Shown: one piece after another, positions 10,040 through 19,718 of the stretch
How positions within the stretch are numbered: position 1 is the first letter of the stretch
Layout of the letters: each line of letters opens with the position of its first letter
Program-made: the position numbers and the translations under genes
Assembly: GCA_002331145.1 (NCBI GenBank)
Contig: DCYT01000001.1
Coordinates: 154,002-218,001, forward strand
Direction of reading: 5' to 3'
Length of the DNA stretch: 64,000 nt
Source: Candidatus Minusculum obligatum
GTDB taxonomy: Bacteria; Patescibacteriota; Minisyncoccia; Phycocordibacterales; Phycocordibacteraceae
The notes under the pieces: generated by a model
What the model was told of the DNA's origin: nothing
What the model saw: the letters and a program-made list of their open reading frames with translations, nothing else
Databases searched by the model: none

Positions 10040-13000
10040 CTAATCGACATCTTCAATTGTCACTGTGCCTTCGTCGCGGCGAATCCCCCCTGCACCACGG
10101 TTGGCAAATGAGACCATCCAGCCACCGTATCCTCCCCCAACCCCAGACTCGCCATTACGGGCTTCGGTCACGGGGTCTTGGGTTGGAATATCCACAATAG
10201 AAACGCTACCCTCCGCAATGTCGTTGGCTCCAGGCCGGCTCAAACGAATTCCCGGCGACCAACCATTTTGTGGATCATATGTGGAAATATCCACTATTGA
10301 AACGGTTCCATACCTGGCTGGACCACCATTGCTGATAACTCGATTCCCGACTGCTCCGACAATATCAGCACCACCTTTGACCAGGAGAACACCTGCGGTC
10401 ACGCGCCAAGTGGTCGCGGCCGCCTGGGGATTACACGTGTAGCCAGCGACGCCGCCAGCGGCTCCGCCGACGATGAATCCATTTACAGCCGCACCTAGAA
10501 GTTCGCGACCGGTAGCGCGGCGGCCATCGGCGAGTCCAGTAGATGTCGCTGTGACAAACATCTCCCAACCGGCGGCGGCCACGCCGCCGATAATAGCCCC
10601 ACCGACAGCGGACAGAGGCGTGCCACACTCCCCATTGGGATCCGTATAATTCACTGGATCCCCGCCGACGTAGGCATAGATATTCAAGCCTCCGGCCTGC
10701 CCGATTGGGTCGGTTTGCATGAAGCGGCCGAAGCCGGGGTGATAGGCGCGAGCCTTGTAGTGGTAGAGGCCGGTGTTTTCCAAGAAGACCTGACCGGTAT
10801 AGCCAAACCGGCCGGAGTTTCCCGAATACGGCATGCCGTATTCGTCATAGGTATTGATCTGGGTGGCGTTACCCGAGCCGTTGGTGTGCGCCACGATCGA
10901 GCCGCGCTCGTCCGCGATCAACCACTCCCGGCTGGACGTGCCTGAACCAGTGTACTGAACCAGAGGTTCGTCTATGCCCGGTCCATGCACATAGCGTTTT
11001 TGCAGCGCACCCGATCCATTGTATTCGGCAATTAGATCAAGCCCGTCATACTGGAAGTTCAGCGTGGCTGCGCCCGTCGTCTGCGCCAGACGGCCCAAAG
11101 GATCATAGGACAGCGTGGTACCGCCGGAGACGCTGGTGAGACGGTTATAGTAGTCATAACCGAAGGTCCGCGTGCCATCGTCCGTCATATTGCCCCGCCC
11201 GTCATAGGTGGGGGCAGGCTGAGACGTAACTGAGGTGATCTGGTTGAGGCCGTTATGGCCGTAAAGCAGATCCATATTGACGTGCCCATTCCAGGTAAAA
11301 GCGTCATTACTATCCGTACGCGAGGTGATCTGACCGGCCGGATTATAGTCGAAGCTCACCGTCCGGTCGTTCGACGTACCTGCCAGGTTCTGGCTGAGAC
11401 TATCAAGACGCGAAGCTGCATCGAAGGCATAACTGGTCGTCACGCCATTGCCCCGCGTGATGCTCGTACGGCGGCCATAATCGTCATAGCTGAACTGGGC
11501 GAGAACACCCACGCCGGAGCCGGCTCCGTTCTCGCGGATCGCGGTGGGAGCGCCTAGGGTGTTGTAGTCGTATGTGACGTAAAACCCGTCCGCCCAAGTC
11601 ATACGCGTGCGTTGGCCCAGATTATTGTACTGATAGCTCACCGTGCCATTGGCACCGGTCTGAGCTGTCCTACGGCCCAAGGCATCATAAGCGTTGGTCA
11701 CCGTGCCCTGACCCGCGGCCGTGACCGTCAGAACCCGGCTTAACAGATCATAGCTGTAAGAGGTGTCGGCCTGACCAGACGGTGCGTTTACGTTCGTCAC
11801 CCGGTTCAGATTGTCATAGCTGTACTGGAAAAGCTGGTTCGTGCGCACCCGGCGCGAGGCTAGGCGCCCATATGCATCATAGGTGTAGATCTCGTCGTCA
11901 TTGCCGGTATTGGAGCCGGGAGAGGACGGGTGCGGGTATTCGATAGAAGCCAGACGATCAAAACCATCACGCAGATATTGCGTGCGATTGCCGTTTCCGT
12001 CCTTCAGGCTTTCCAGGAGACCATTGGCGGTAAAGGTGGACACGCCCTCGATTGCCGCCGCAGAGGTCCCATAGGCCGTCGTTACGCTGGTCACACGGCT
12101 CAGATCGTCATAACTGCTGCGCGCGATCCGGTCGGGACCGTAGACACCGGCCGTTCCCAGTGTACACGCCGAAGACGGGGGCGAGGCGAAGGTCGAGGGG
12201 TTAATACGCTGAGCTGTGCAGTCCAGACGGCCTGCACTATCATAGGAATACTGGATCAGTGCCTGGGTCACACCCGTCCCGTCGATAAGACGGCTGTGGG
12301 TGACACGGTGGTTATTGTCATAGGTGACCAGCTGATAGTCGCGCCGGGCGAAGTTGTTCCAGGCTGCATCCGACTGGCTCGTCACCGTACCGAACTCGAC
12401 CATGCGCACACGACCAGAACTGTCATACGTCGTGCGCGAAGCGGCATGTTTGAGCGGACCGCCCCCATCCGGGTCCGGGCCCACCTGGCCGATCACCCGG
12501 CGAAGATCGTCGTAACGCGTGCGCGTCAGATCGGCAGAACCTGAAAGCGGGCCGTCCACCGTCAGAATATTCCCCACGGCGTCATAGGCCAGTGTCGAGG
12601 TCGCTGAGAGCGTGCCATTGCCCGCCATCGCGGTAACCGCTGTGGGCTGAAGGTTGTTGGCCACACCGCTGGAACCATAGGCGATATTGGTGCGCTGCTC
12701 ATTCGCCGTGCCGGCACAAGACGACGATGTGCCGGTGGAACACGCTGCAGATTGATGCGGCAGATAGATCGCAGAAGACGCCTGTACCATCTGACCAGAG
12801 GCGTTTTTGTACCAAGCATAATGCGCAGAATAGCTCACCCGAGTCTGCGGCCGGTCACCGGAACCGGACGGCGCCGGAGCTGTTGCCGTCAGCATTCCGC
12901 CATGCGTGCCCGCATAGGTGAAGTTCGTGGTATTGCCCGCCGGATCGGTCACCGAGGTCGGCTGGTTGCACGTGCGCTCATTCAAACACGAAGACGGATA

Positions 13001-14278
13001 AGACGCCGTAGTCACGATGTCTGCCAGGCCCGAACCGGACTTGGCCACCGCACGCACCTCCGTCATATTGCCCCGGCCGTCATAGCTAAAGCTGGTGTAG
13101 TTGCCCTCCGGCGCCGTGACGCGGGAGACACGCAGGTCAGAATTGTACTGATAGGTCGTGCGGTGGCCTAAAGCGTTCTCAACCGCAGTTAAGAGCCCGT
13201 CATCACCCTCAAATTCATAGCGCGTCACTTCTCCGGCAGGATCGGTGACTGTGGTCACCAGCGTGCCGCCATTGTCGGTGTAACTATAGAACCAAGTTTC
13301 GCCCGCAACTGTCATCGACTGTATGACGCCCGACGTACCGATATAGTTGATCGAGACATCATTGCTGGAGCTGCCTGGCAGGCGCACTCCTGTGATCCGG
13401 CCCGAGCCGTTCCGATAGGTGTGCGTCACGCGACCCAGATTGTCGGTGTAGGACCAATTGGAGCTGGTATAGTTCATCGTCAGGCTCGGCCAATTTTCCG
13501 TCAGGCCCGAGCATGTATTCGCCGTGCGCGAACAATAATTGACCGCATTATTGATGAGCCTAGCCGTCTTCACAGTACGCCAATCGTTCAACTGGCTCTG
13601 AGAACCTACGTTGGACGCGCGCCGGTATTCGAAATGGAGCTGGTATCCGCGATTGGTGGTGACGGATTGGAGCCGGTAATAGGGCCCGTAGGTGACGATG
13701 ATCGGTTCCGGCCAGCCGCCTTGCTGAATAACCATGTTCGTGGAGCTGTAGTGGTAGGTCCACTCCTCCCCATTCGGGAAGGTCACCTTTGTGAGCACAC
13801 CCTCGTCGGCACCGTAAAACGACGTCTGCCCCACCTTCGAGGACGAGAAGGTCGCCACAACCCCGCCGCCCGTCGTGTAAGTGTAATTGCCGCCGCTATA
13901 AGTCAGCGTAGCACCATTTTCCTGTTCCGGCGAATACGTACTGCCAGATTTGGTGAAGACTTCCGTGCCGCCAAACAGGCTAACTCGATATTCGGTAGAT
14001 GTTTGGGCATGGACGGTCCCCATCACCGAATGCGACCAGCCATTATCTTGAAAAGTCTGGCTGTAACTCAGTCCGCCCGCACCAGCGTCGCCGATAGAGA
14101 TCTCTGGCGAAGACCCGGTAAACACATCGTCGGAGAGGTCGACGCCACGCTCATCAAATGTGGGATAGATCCGCGGCTGGCTCCCGCCATCCTGGGCCGA
14201 AGCGATACTTAAACTGGCAATTGAAACGGACAGCGCGGCGACCAAATGCGAAACAAGCGAACGAACAAGCAACATCAA
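10040..14278 (-). CDS. RHS/YD-repeat protein with N-terminal Sec-type signal peptide and variable C-terminal domain
   Basis: Many YD repeats; RHS core GRFGYTGQ...YHYKARAYHPGFGRFMQTDPIG...YAYVGGDPVNYTDPNG; N-terminus SIASLSIASA|Q. Confidence 0.93.
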   Translation of the reverse strand: MMLLVRSLVSHLVAALSVSIASLSIASAQDGGSQPRIYPTFDERGVDLSDDVFTGSSPEISIGDAGAGGLSYSQTFQDNGWSHSVMGTVHAQTSTEYRVSLFGGTEVFTKSGSTYSPEQENGATLTYSGGNYTYTTGGGVVATFSSSKVGQTSFYGADEGVLTKVTFPNGEEWTYHYSSTNMVIQQGGWPEPIIVTYGPYYRLQSVTTNRGYQLHFEYRRASNVGSQSQLNDWRTVKTARLINNAVNYCSRTANTCSGLTENWPSLTMNYTSSNWSYTDNLGRVTHTYRNGSGRITGVRLPGSSSNDVSINYIGTSGVIQSMTVAGETWFYSYTDNGGTLVTTVTDPAGEVTRYEFEGDDGLLTAVENALGHRTTYQYNSDLRVSRVTAPEGNYTSFSYDGRGNMTEVRAVAKSGSGLADIVTTASYPSSCLNERTCNQPTSVTDPAGNTTNFTYAGTHGGMLTATAPAPSGSGDRPQTRVSYSAHYAWYKNASGQMVQASSAIYLPHQSAACSTGTSSSCAGTANEQRTNIAYGSSGVANNLQPTAVTAMAGNGTLSATSTLAYDAVGNILTVDGPLSGSADLTRTRYDDLRRVIGQVGPDPDGGGPLKHAASRTTYDSSGRVRMVEFGTVTSQSDAAWNNFARRDYQLVTYDNNHRVTHSRLIDGTGVTQALIQYSYDSAGRLDCTAQRINPSTFASPPSSACTLGTAGVYGPDRIARSSYDDLSRVTSVTTAYGTSAAAIEGVSTFTANGLLESLKDGNGNRTQYLRDGFDRLASIEYPHPSSPGSNTGNDDEIYTYDAYGRLASRRVRTNQLFQYSYDNLNRVTNVNAPSGQADTSYSYDLLSRVLTVTAAGQGTVTNAYDALGRRTAQTGANGTVSYQYNNLGQRTRMTWADGFYVTYDYNTLGAPTAIRENGAGSGVGVLAQFSYDDYGRRTSITRGNGVTTSYAFDAASRLDSLSQNLAGTSNDRTVSFDYNPAGQITSRTDSNDAFTWNGHVNMDLLYGHNGLNQITSVTSQPAPTYDGRGNMTDDGTRTFGYDYYNRLTSVSGGTTLSYDPLGRLAQTTGAATLNFQYDGLDLIAEYNGSGALQKRYVHGPGIDEPLVQYTGSGTSSREWLIADERGSIVAHTNGSGNATQINTYDEYGMPYSGNSGRFGYTGQVFLENTGLYHYKARAYHPGFGRFMQTDPIGQAGGLNIYAYVGGDPVNYTDPNGECGTPLSAVGGAIIGGVAAAGWEMFVTATSTGLADGRRATGRELLGAAVNGFIVGGAAGGVAGYTCNPQAAATTWRVTAGVLLVKGGADIVGAVGNRVISNGGPARYGTVSIVDISTYDPQNGWSPGIRLSRPGANDIAEGSVSIVDIPTQDPVTEARNGESGVGGGYGGWMVSFANRGAGGIRRDEGTVTIEDVD

Positions 14279-14337
14279 TCCCTCTTCGGGCGAAGATAAA
14301 AAAACGGGTATTTGGGCAGGCTGAAAGAACTGCGCTC

Positions 14338-14538
14338 TTAAGCGCCGGTTTTCTTCTTGCGCGTGCGGTTATCGGCGTCGTCGTATTCGTAATCCGTCGT
14401 TACCCCATCATTGGGGCCGCCGGAGTGCTCGACCTTCACCAATCGCCCCTGGGCGTCATAGGTATAAGTCACAGTCTCGGACGCAAAAGCCGGGGCGGAA
14501 AAAGCCATCACCCCGGCCAGCAATAGTGCTGCACGCAT
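14338..14538 (-). CDS. Small secreted YD-repeat protein
   Basis: Signal peptide APAFA|SE followed by YTYDAQGRL and YEYDDADNRT; GGAGG RBS upstream. Confidence 0.8.
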   Translation of the reverse strand: MRAALLLAGVMAFSAPAFASETVTYTYDAQGRLVKVEHSGGPNDGVTTDYEYDDADNRTRKKKTGA

Positions 14539-14808
14539 ACTTCCCTCCTACCCATGAACACGATTTCCAGTGGGCCTGATCCACACGACTAGACCTGCCC
14601 AATTCGCGCATGAGATAAAAATGTAGGCCGAAATCAGCGCCACAATCAAGGGGGACTTTTGGATTCAATACCATTTTTGCGCGTATTGTTTTTCGGGGAA
14701 ACCGCATGCACGCCTGAGGCGTGATATAGATCACGCTCTGCATATAGCTGTGCCACAAGGAAACCTATTTCCCTTTGAAAAAGGAACGAGAGACCGGAGG
14801 GTCTCAGG

Positions 14809-15242
14809 TCATCCGCCATCGACGAGACTGATCTGTTGCCGCCGAAAGTCGTCGATCGATTTCCTTTTGTTTTTCTCCGGTGGATCTAACCCATCTTCCC
14901 ATCGCCTGACCGTCCGCGCATCCACGTTAAGCCAATCCGCCATTCGATCTTGCGCCCAACCTCTTTGGGCCCGAAACCGATAAAGTCTGTCTGAGAAGGT
15001 ACCGCTTGGCAGTCAGCTATCATCCTCCAAGAACCGAACTATGGCGGGAATGTGTTGACGCGCAGGGCATGTTCGCCGCGCTCCCACATCCCTATCACTT
15101 CGTGATGGACACCAATCCGGCTTGCGACTTCACGCTTCGAAAGGCGTAGCGCTTTTCTGCGCACTGACCCAGCCCCCAGATTGGGACTTATGAACCTTAT
15201 TCCCGGGCCCAACATGCAGCAACCTAATTCCCATGCCCGCAC
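14809..15242 (-). pseudogene. Degraded tandem XRE-HTH gene, paralogous to the C-terminus of the 23463-25391 ORF
   Basis: LGCC...RIGVHHEVIGMWERGEH, then a frameshift, then RFLEDDS*LPSGTFSDRLYRFRAQRGW...VDARTVRRWE; the TGA falls at a position that is Trp in the intact copy. Confidence 0.8.
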
Positions 15243-15316
15243 AAGGACACGGAAATACCCCGCACACTCACTTACTTACAACCTGATGCGTAAGCTATTT
15301 GGGAAATGTCACGCGT

Positions 15317-16291
15317 CTACGGGGTCAAGACTACCGACCCTAGCGCCAACCGTTTTTCCAGAAGGGCGTGCGCCCGAGACGCTTCAAGAAACGGTAGAGA
15401 CAAGTGCTGTAGATCGTCGAAAAGACCGTCGGCACAAGTGTTCCACACCGCCTCAACGGCTTCTTTTCTTTGCTCGTTACTCGCCAAATAGGTGCTAGAG
15501 GTAGGACGTGTCACATAGAGCGAACCATGTTTAGCAAGAATTGAGAGGTCGAAATTTACGACCGGCCCGGAAGCGGCGCCATAGTGAACCCAGATTGCCT
15601 GCTCAGCTAACACCGCCAGACAGATATCCGTGGCCGCCGCACCTACGGCATCGTAGACAGCGTCCACACCGCGGCCGCGGGTCAGCTCGCGAACTTGTTC
15701 AATGACTTCGCTCGTATCCCCGCGAAGAACATGATCGCAGCCGGCAGCGGAAGCGAGCGCGACCTTTCCCGGGCTTCCTACTTGGCCGATGACTTCGGCG
15801 CCGAGCATTTTGGCGAACCGAACGACCGCCCCACCGACGCCGCCACTGGCGCCATTGACGAAGACTACGCTACTCTCACGTACGGTCCAAACCTTGTGCG
15901 TGAGATAATAGGCAGTCATGGCTTTGAACAAGATAGCCGCAGCCAGATCCGCTGAAACGCCCGCTGGTCGATGAAAAACGCAGGACTCGTCCAATGCGAC
16001 GTACTCCGCATATGACCGGCGACCGGCAAAAGCGTAGGCAACGCGATCGCCTGGCCGAAACCCTTCCACATCTCCACCGACCTTAGCGACGACTCCCGCG
16101 CCCTCCTCGCCAATCCCGGATGGAAGCGGAACCACATACACCCCTGACCGGTTAAAGATGTCGACATAGTTGACGCCGATCGCGGCGTTTTCGATCAGGA
16201 TCTGAAGCGGTCCGGGTTCGGGAATGGGCGCAGTTTCTTGGATCAAAACATCCGGCCCGCCTGGCGCGGCAAAAACCATCCGTTTCATCAT
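15317..16291 (-). CDS. qor: NADPH:quinone oxidoreductase (zeta-crystallin/MDR family)
   Basis: GGPDVL, AIGVNYVD, GEEGAGVV, GASGGVG, GVDAVYDAVG, SLYVTRPT. Confidence 0.88.
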   Translation of the reverse strand: MMKRMVFAAPGGPDVLIQETAPIPEPGPLQILIENAAIGVNYVDIFNRSGVYVVPLPSGIGEEGAGVVAKVGGDVEGFRPGDRVAYAFAGRRSYAEYVALDESCVFHRPAGVSADLAAAILFKAMTAYYLTHKVWTVRESSVVFVNGASGGVGGAVVRFAKMLGAEVIGQVGSPGKVALASAAGCDHVLRGDTSEVIEQVRELTRGRGVDAVYDAVGAAATDICLAVLAEQAIWVHYGAASGPVVNFDLSILAKHGSLYVTRPTSSTYLASNEQRKEAVEAVWNTCADGLFDDLQHLSLPFLEASRAHALLEKRLALGSVVLTP

Positions 16292-16767
16292 GCCACGACC
16301 TCCTTTTCATTTGCGCTCGCCGATGCAGAGTGCCGGGCACTCGTGCGGCGAAATTGCAGACGTTCACGCTCAAGCAGGCGATCGAGATTCCTCCAGGCAT
16401 CCGGCCCGCTTAAGACAGCGTCATATCCTGCCCGTTTGAGCGCCAGTACAACCATCGGGGGCACGAGACCATCGATCGTCAGCTTGCCGCCAATGACGAT
16501 CGTCGAGGCGCTGAACGCCTGATATTGCAGGAGCGTTTCCGCCAGCGCCAGACCGCTCAAAGCGCCGTGACCATTGACGGAGCTGATCACGGTCAGATCG
16601 GGCCGGTGATCGCGAACACTCTCGGCGACGTGTTCCGGCTGGGTGCAGCAGCCCAAATTCATCACGTCGAAGCCGCGATCGCGCAGCTCTAGCTCGACAC
16701 CAGTCAAATTCCAGATGTGGCTGTCGTCAACGGTAGACGCCACGATTGCTAACGGCTGGTAGGTCAT
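16288..16767 (-). CDS. Cobalamin-binding S subunit of a glutamate/methylaspartate mutase-like enzyme
   Basis: DDSHIWNL (variant of the DxHxxG B12 motif), NLGCC, ISSVNGHG, IVIGGKL. Confidence 0.85.
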   Translation of the reverse strand: MTYQPLAIVASTVDDSHIWNLTGVELELRDRGFDVMNLGCCTQPEHVAESVRDHRPDLTVISSVNGHGALSGLALAETLLQYQAFSASTIVIGGKLTIDGLVPPMVVLALKRAGYDAVLSGPDAWRNLDRLLERERLQFRRTSARHSASASANEKEVVA

Positions 16768-16771
16768 CGCA

Positions 16772-18052
16772 TTACTCCTCTTCTGCGGCATCAAATCGGC
16801 GCTGGTTGAAGCCGAGCATGGTGTGAAATCGCTCGGCGGTGAGACTGCCCTGGCTCGCTGGCGCATCAGCCTCTATCGGCATGGAGCCGGTGGTGGCCCA
16901 CCTGATTGCGCCTGTGCTTTCGTCCAGCACACTCAGGGATTGATTGCGATTGTCTTGGTGTGTGCAGAAAGGCACGTCGAGCAGCCCCTGCTCGAACGCC
17001 TTTCCAAGCGCGCGCCCCACATCGGGATCCAGGCTCAGGGTTGCGGCGATCAGCCTTTCGGCATTCGACCGGATCATGTTGCGCCACACTCCGACGGCTG
17101 CAGGCCGCTCCGTAGCCTCCTCGGCGGCAGAAGCCGCGGCAGCGGCGGAGCGATCCAAAGCCTCAAGATTGTCGGCGAGCGTCGGGATGCCGTGCGCCTC
17201 GGCCTTGGTCTTAACGATCAGCCGGTGGGCACCGCCTCGGGCGGCGATTCTCGACCCATTTTCGATTAAGGCGTAGCTGCCCGCTTCGGTCTTAGGGAAT
17301 TGGCCCATGAAGTGGTAAGCGACAATGTGCCAGTCGCGCTCAAAAAACCGCTCTTCGCAGATATCGTTCAACGCAAGAAGCGCGCCCTCATCCTGCTCGT
17401 CGCACGTCCCCAATGCGAGAGATGCGGAGACGCTCGGAATGCCGAGCTGAAAGAAGTACGCACACTCCAACACCGAAAGCGCGATCAGCAAGTCGGGCGG
17501 ACACGCCTGGCCCATCATGCAGCCGCCGAATGTTTCGTGATGAACCTCAATCCCCCGGCGTTCGGCAGCATTAGCCAGGCACCGGAGCGCTTCGCGCCAG
17601 TATCGCAGTGTGTCTCGCAGCGGCACGCGGCCATAGGGCAAGGCGTAGCTTACCGGTCCGCCCTCGGTTGCGCTGAATCCGCCTCCTATCACGCGGCTAT
17701 AAAGGTGACGGGGATCCGGTGTACCGTGTCGGATCTGGATCGTGAACCGCTCGCCCTGCTCCGCCGCAAGCGAACACACATCGGCCAATCGGTGGCTGAG
17801 TAGCGGGAAGCCGTTCAAGGCCTCACCCCGCCGTAACGCTTCGGTCGCATCCTCAATCAGGCCCTGGCGTGTTTTGGCATCGATCGTGATCGTGCCGGCT
17901 ACAAAAGCGGCACTGGAGTCATCGCGAAAGGCTGTCAGCAAGCTGCGCATATCCTCAAGGTCGGCAACTCCCGAGCGTGGTTGGACGATGATCTGCCCGG
18001 CGGAGCGCGCGGTACGCGCGAACTCCGCGAAGCTGTAGAGCGCATTACCCAT
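16772..18052 (-). CDS. Glutamate/methylaspartate mutase-like E subunit
   Basis: IVQPRSG, GTITIDAKTR, LNGFPL, QIRHGT, TEGGPVSYALPY, IVKTKAEAHGIP, GLLDVPF; TAATG coupling to the upstream gene. Confidence 0.85.
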   Translation of the reverse strand: MGNALYSFAEFARTARSAGQIIVQPRSGVADLEDMRSLLTAFRDDSSAAFVAGTITIDAKTRQGLIEDATEALRRGEALNGFPLLSHRLADVCSLAAEQGERFTIQIRHGTPDPRHLYSRVIGGGFSATEGGPVSYALPYGRVPLRDTLRYWREALRCLANAAERRGIEVHHETFGGCMMGQACPPDLLIALSVLECAYFFQLGIPSVSASLALGTCDEQDEGALLALNDICEERFFERDWHIVAYHFMGQFPKTEAGSYALIENGSRIAARGGAHRLIVKTKAEAHGIPTLADNLEALDRSAAAAASAAEEATERPAAVGVWRNMIRSNAERLIAATLSLDPDVGRALGKAFEQGLLDVPFCTHQDNRNQSLSVLDESTGAIRWATTGSMPIEADAPASQGSLTAERFHTMLGFNQRRFDAAEEE

Positions 18053-19257
18053 TAGAGGCCCTCCTTTCGCGCCGGTGCTGCCGCCTTCGCGCTGCGCAAG
18101 AAGCCAAGCAGCGCGGCGCAATAACCCCAGTTGACCGGGTTGAGGGGATCGCCTTTGGCGATCAGGCGGCAGCGGAACTCATAGGCCGCTCGTTCACCGT
18201 CTCCGATATCGAAGGCACGCTCATGATGGGCGGCATGTCCCCACGCGCTGTCGCGTGGGAAAGCAATCGCACGCAAGGCAAAGTTCAATGCTTGACGCAC
18301 ATAGTACGTGCTGCGCGCGGCGAGGCCGGCATTATCAGCCAGACAAGGCTCGACGAGGTGATTGACCGGGGTGAGGAAACGGCGCAGAGCGCGCGGTTCA
18401 AATGCATCCTCACGGGCCGGCCGCCAACGGTGCTCGAGCGGCAGACGCAGCATCTGTGCGAGCTGGAAGCCCAGCGTGATAGGTAGCACCCAAGCAATCA
18501 GCAGAACCTCACCGAGGCCGACCGCCGCCAGCGCGCCCCAGGTGCAGAGCTGGATCCCCGCAGCAGCCTTGGTGAACGTCGCCCCGGTAAAATTAGCGGC
18601 CACCCTGCCGAAGAAGATGCGAGCGTGCGTCCACGGGTTGAAGAAGTTCAAAGCTAGGCGCCGCGCATTTTCGCGCACCGGGGCACCCGGGCGGACTCCC
18701 ATATAGAAGGTGAGGAACCAGTAGGTCGGGTCGCTCGGTGTCGACAATTTGAAGGGCGAGTGGTGATCGTTTTTGTGATCGGGCGCATAGCCGGACTTGC
18801 CTAATTCGAAGGGCTCGATCAGCAGGAGCGCAGACAAGATGTGCCCCGCCGCGCGCAAAGCACGCTCGTGCGGTTTCGCGTGCGCGGCGATATGAATGGT
18901 CACAAGTTGAGCCCACCGCGCCGAGCGGACCACGATCAGGGCCGGCAGGATTGCAGTCCAAGCCATCCCATTCAACGCGAGGCCGGCAGCCACGATGCTG
19001 GCACCTGCCAGGACGCAAGCATTAATGACCATGCGGATGGAAGCGCTCAGCCGAGCCAGCGGCTGACTAAATACCGGCAGGCCCGACATGAACTCAAACA
19101 TCGCGAGCGGAATCCAGCCCAGCCGACCCCAAGCTTTCGCGTTCGCACACTCTCCATCGATACGCTCTTCCGGCGTTTCCTGATAACCTCCCTGCGAAAA
19201 CGGCTTCAGATCCGGTTCTGCCAGGGTGACATTTTCTGTTGCATATTGGTTGGACAC
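18052..19257 (-). CDS. Membrane di-iron fatty-acid desaturase/hydroxylase-like protein
   Basis: His boxes HIAAH, HKNDHH and HAAHH; LEH motif; TM segments; GGAGG RBS before GTG. Confidence 0.78.
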   Translation of the reverse strand: MSNQYATENVTLAEPDLKPFSQGGYQETPEERIDGECANAKAWGRLGWIPLAMFEFMSGLPVFSQPLARLSASIRMVINACVLAGASIVAAGLALNGMAWTAILPALIVVRSARWAQLVTIHIAAHAKPHERALRAAGHILSALLLIEPFELGKSGYAPDHKNDHHSPFKLSTPSDPTYWFLTFYMGVRPGAPVRENARRLALNFFNPWTHARIFFGRVAANFTGATFTKAAAGIQLCTWGALAAVGLGEVLLIAWVLPITLGFQLAQMLRLPLEHRWRPAREDAFEPRALRRFLTPVNHLVEPCLADNAGLAARSTYYVRQALNFALRAIAFPRDSAWGHAAHHERAFDIGDGERAAYEFRCRLIAKGDPLNPVNWGYCAALLGFLRSAKAAAPARKEGL

Positions 19258-19718
19258 CGCTATCCCTCCATAGTTGTTACAGAGAGCCGCGGCACACGTT
19301 GCGGTACTACGCTGAAGACTGCGTGGCCCATGTACGCCGCACTCACGCCAGCAGCTTCCGCGATGAGCAATTCGTTCGAAAATTGAAAAATGCGGCGAAC
19401 TTTCGTCTTCGCCGCGATGACGGTCCGATGGACATAAAAGTCTTAACCCTCGGATGCGTTAAGGATTAAGAAACCGAGACCACTACAAGGTGTTTCGGTT
19501 TTAAATCAAATAGTTAATAGACAAAAACGCTTCACCAATTAACCATATTCCGTCCGCGCTCTCTCGCTCGGTGCGGCGAAGCCAATAGAATTGGTGACCA
19601 TCTTCAGAACTGCTTTTTGAACGTCAAACTTTTTAGTTCTCACCTGGCGTGACGCTTCAACCTGTGATTTAAACCCGCTCGGGTTTGCTGATAAATATCG
19701 GCAACAAGGGGGACGTGC

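Noticed and set aside
15012..15016. In-frame TGA at a Trp position suggesting stop-codon reassignment
   Set aside because: The same remnant also has a frameshift, and TGA terminates many intact genes in both halves; simple pseudogenisation explains it.
19239..19469. 76-aa ORF in the divergent spacer as a precursor peptide for the mutase operon
   Set aside because: Wrong strand relative to the operon, TTG start overlapping the desaturase start, no RBS, and no precursor-like features.
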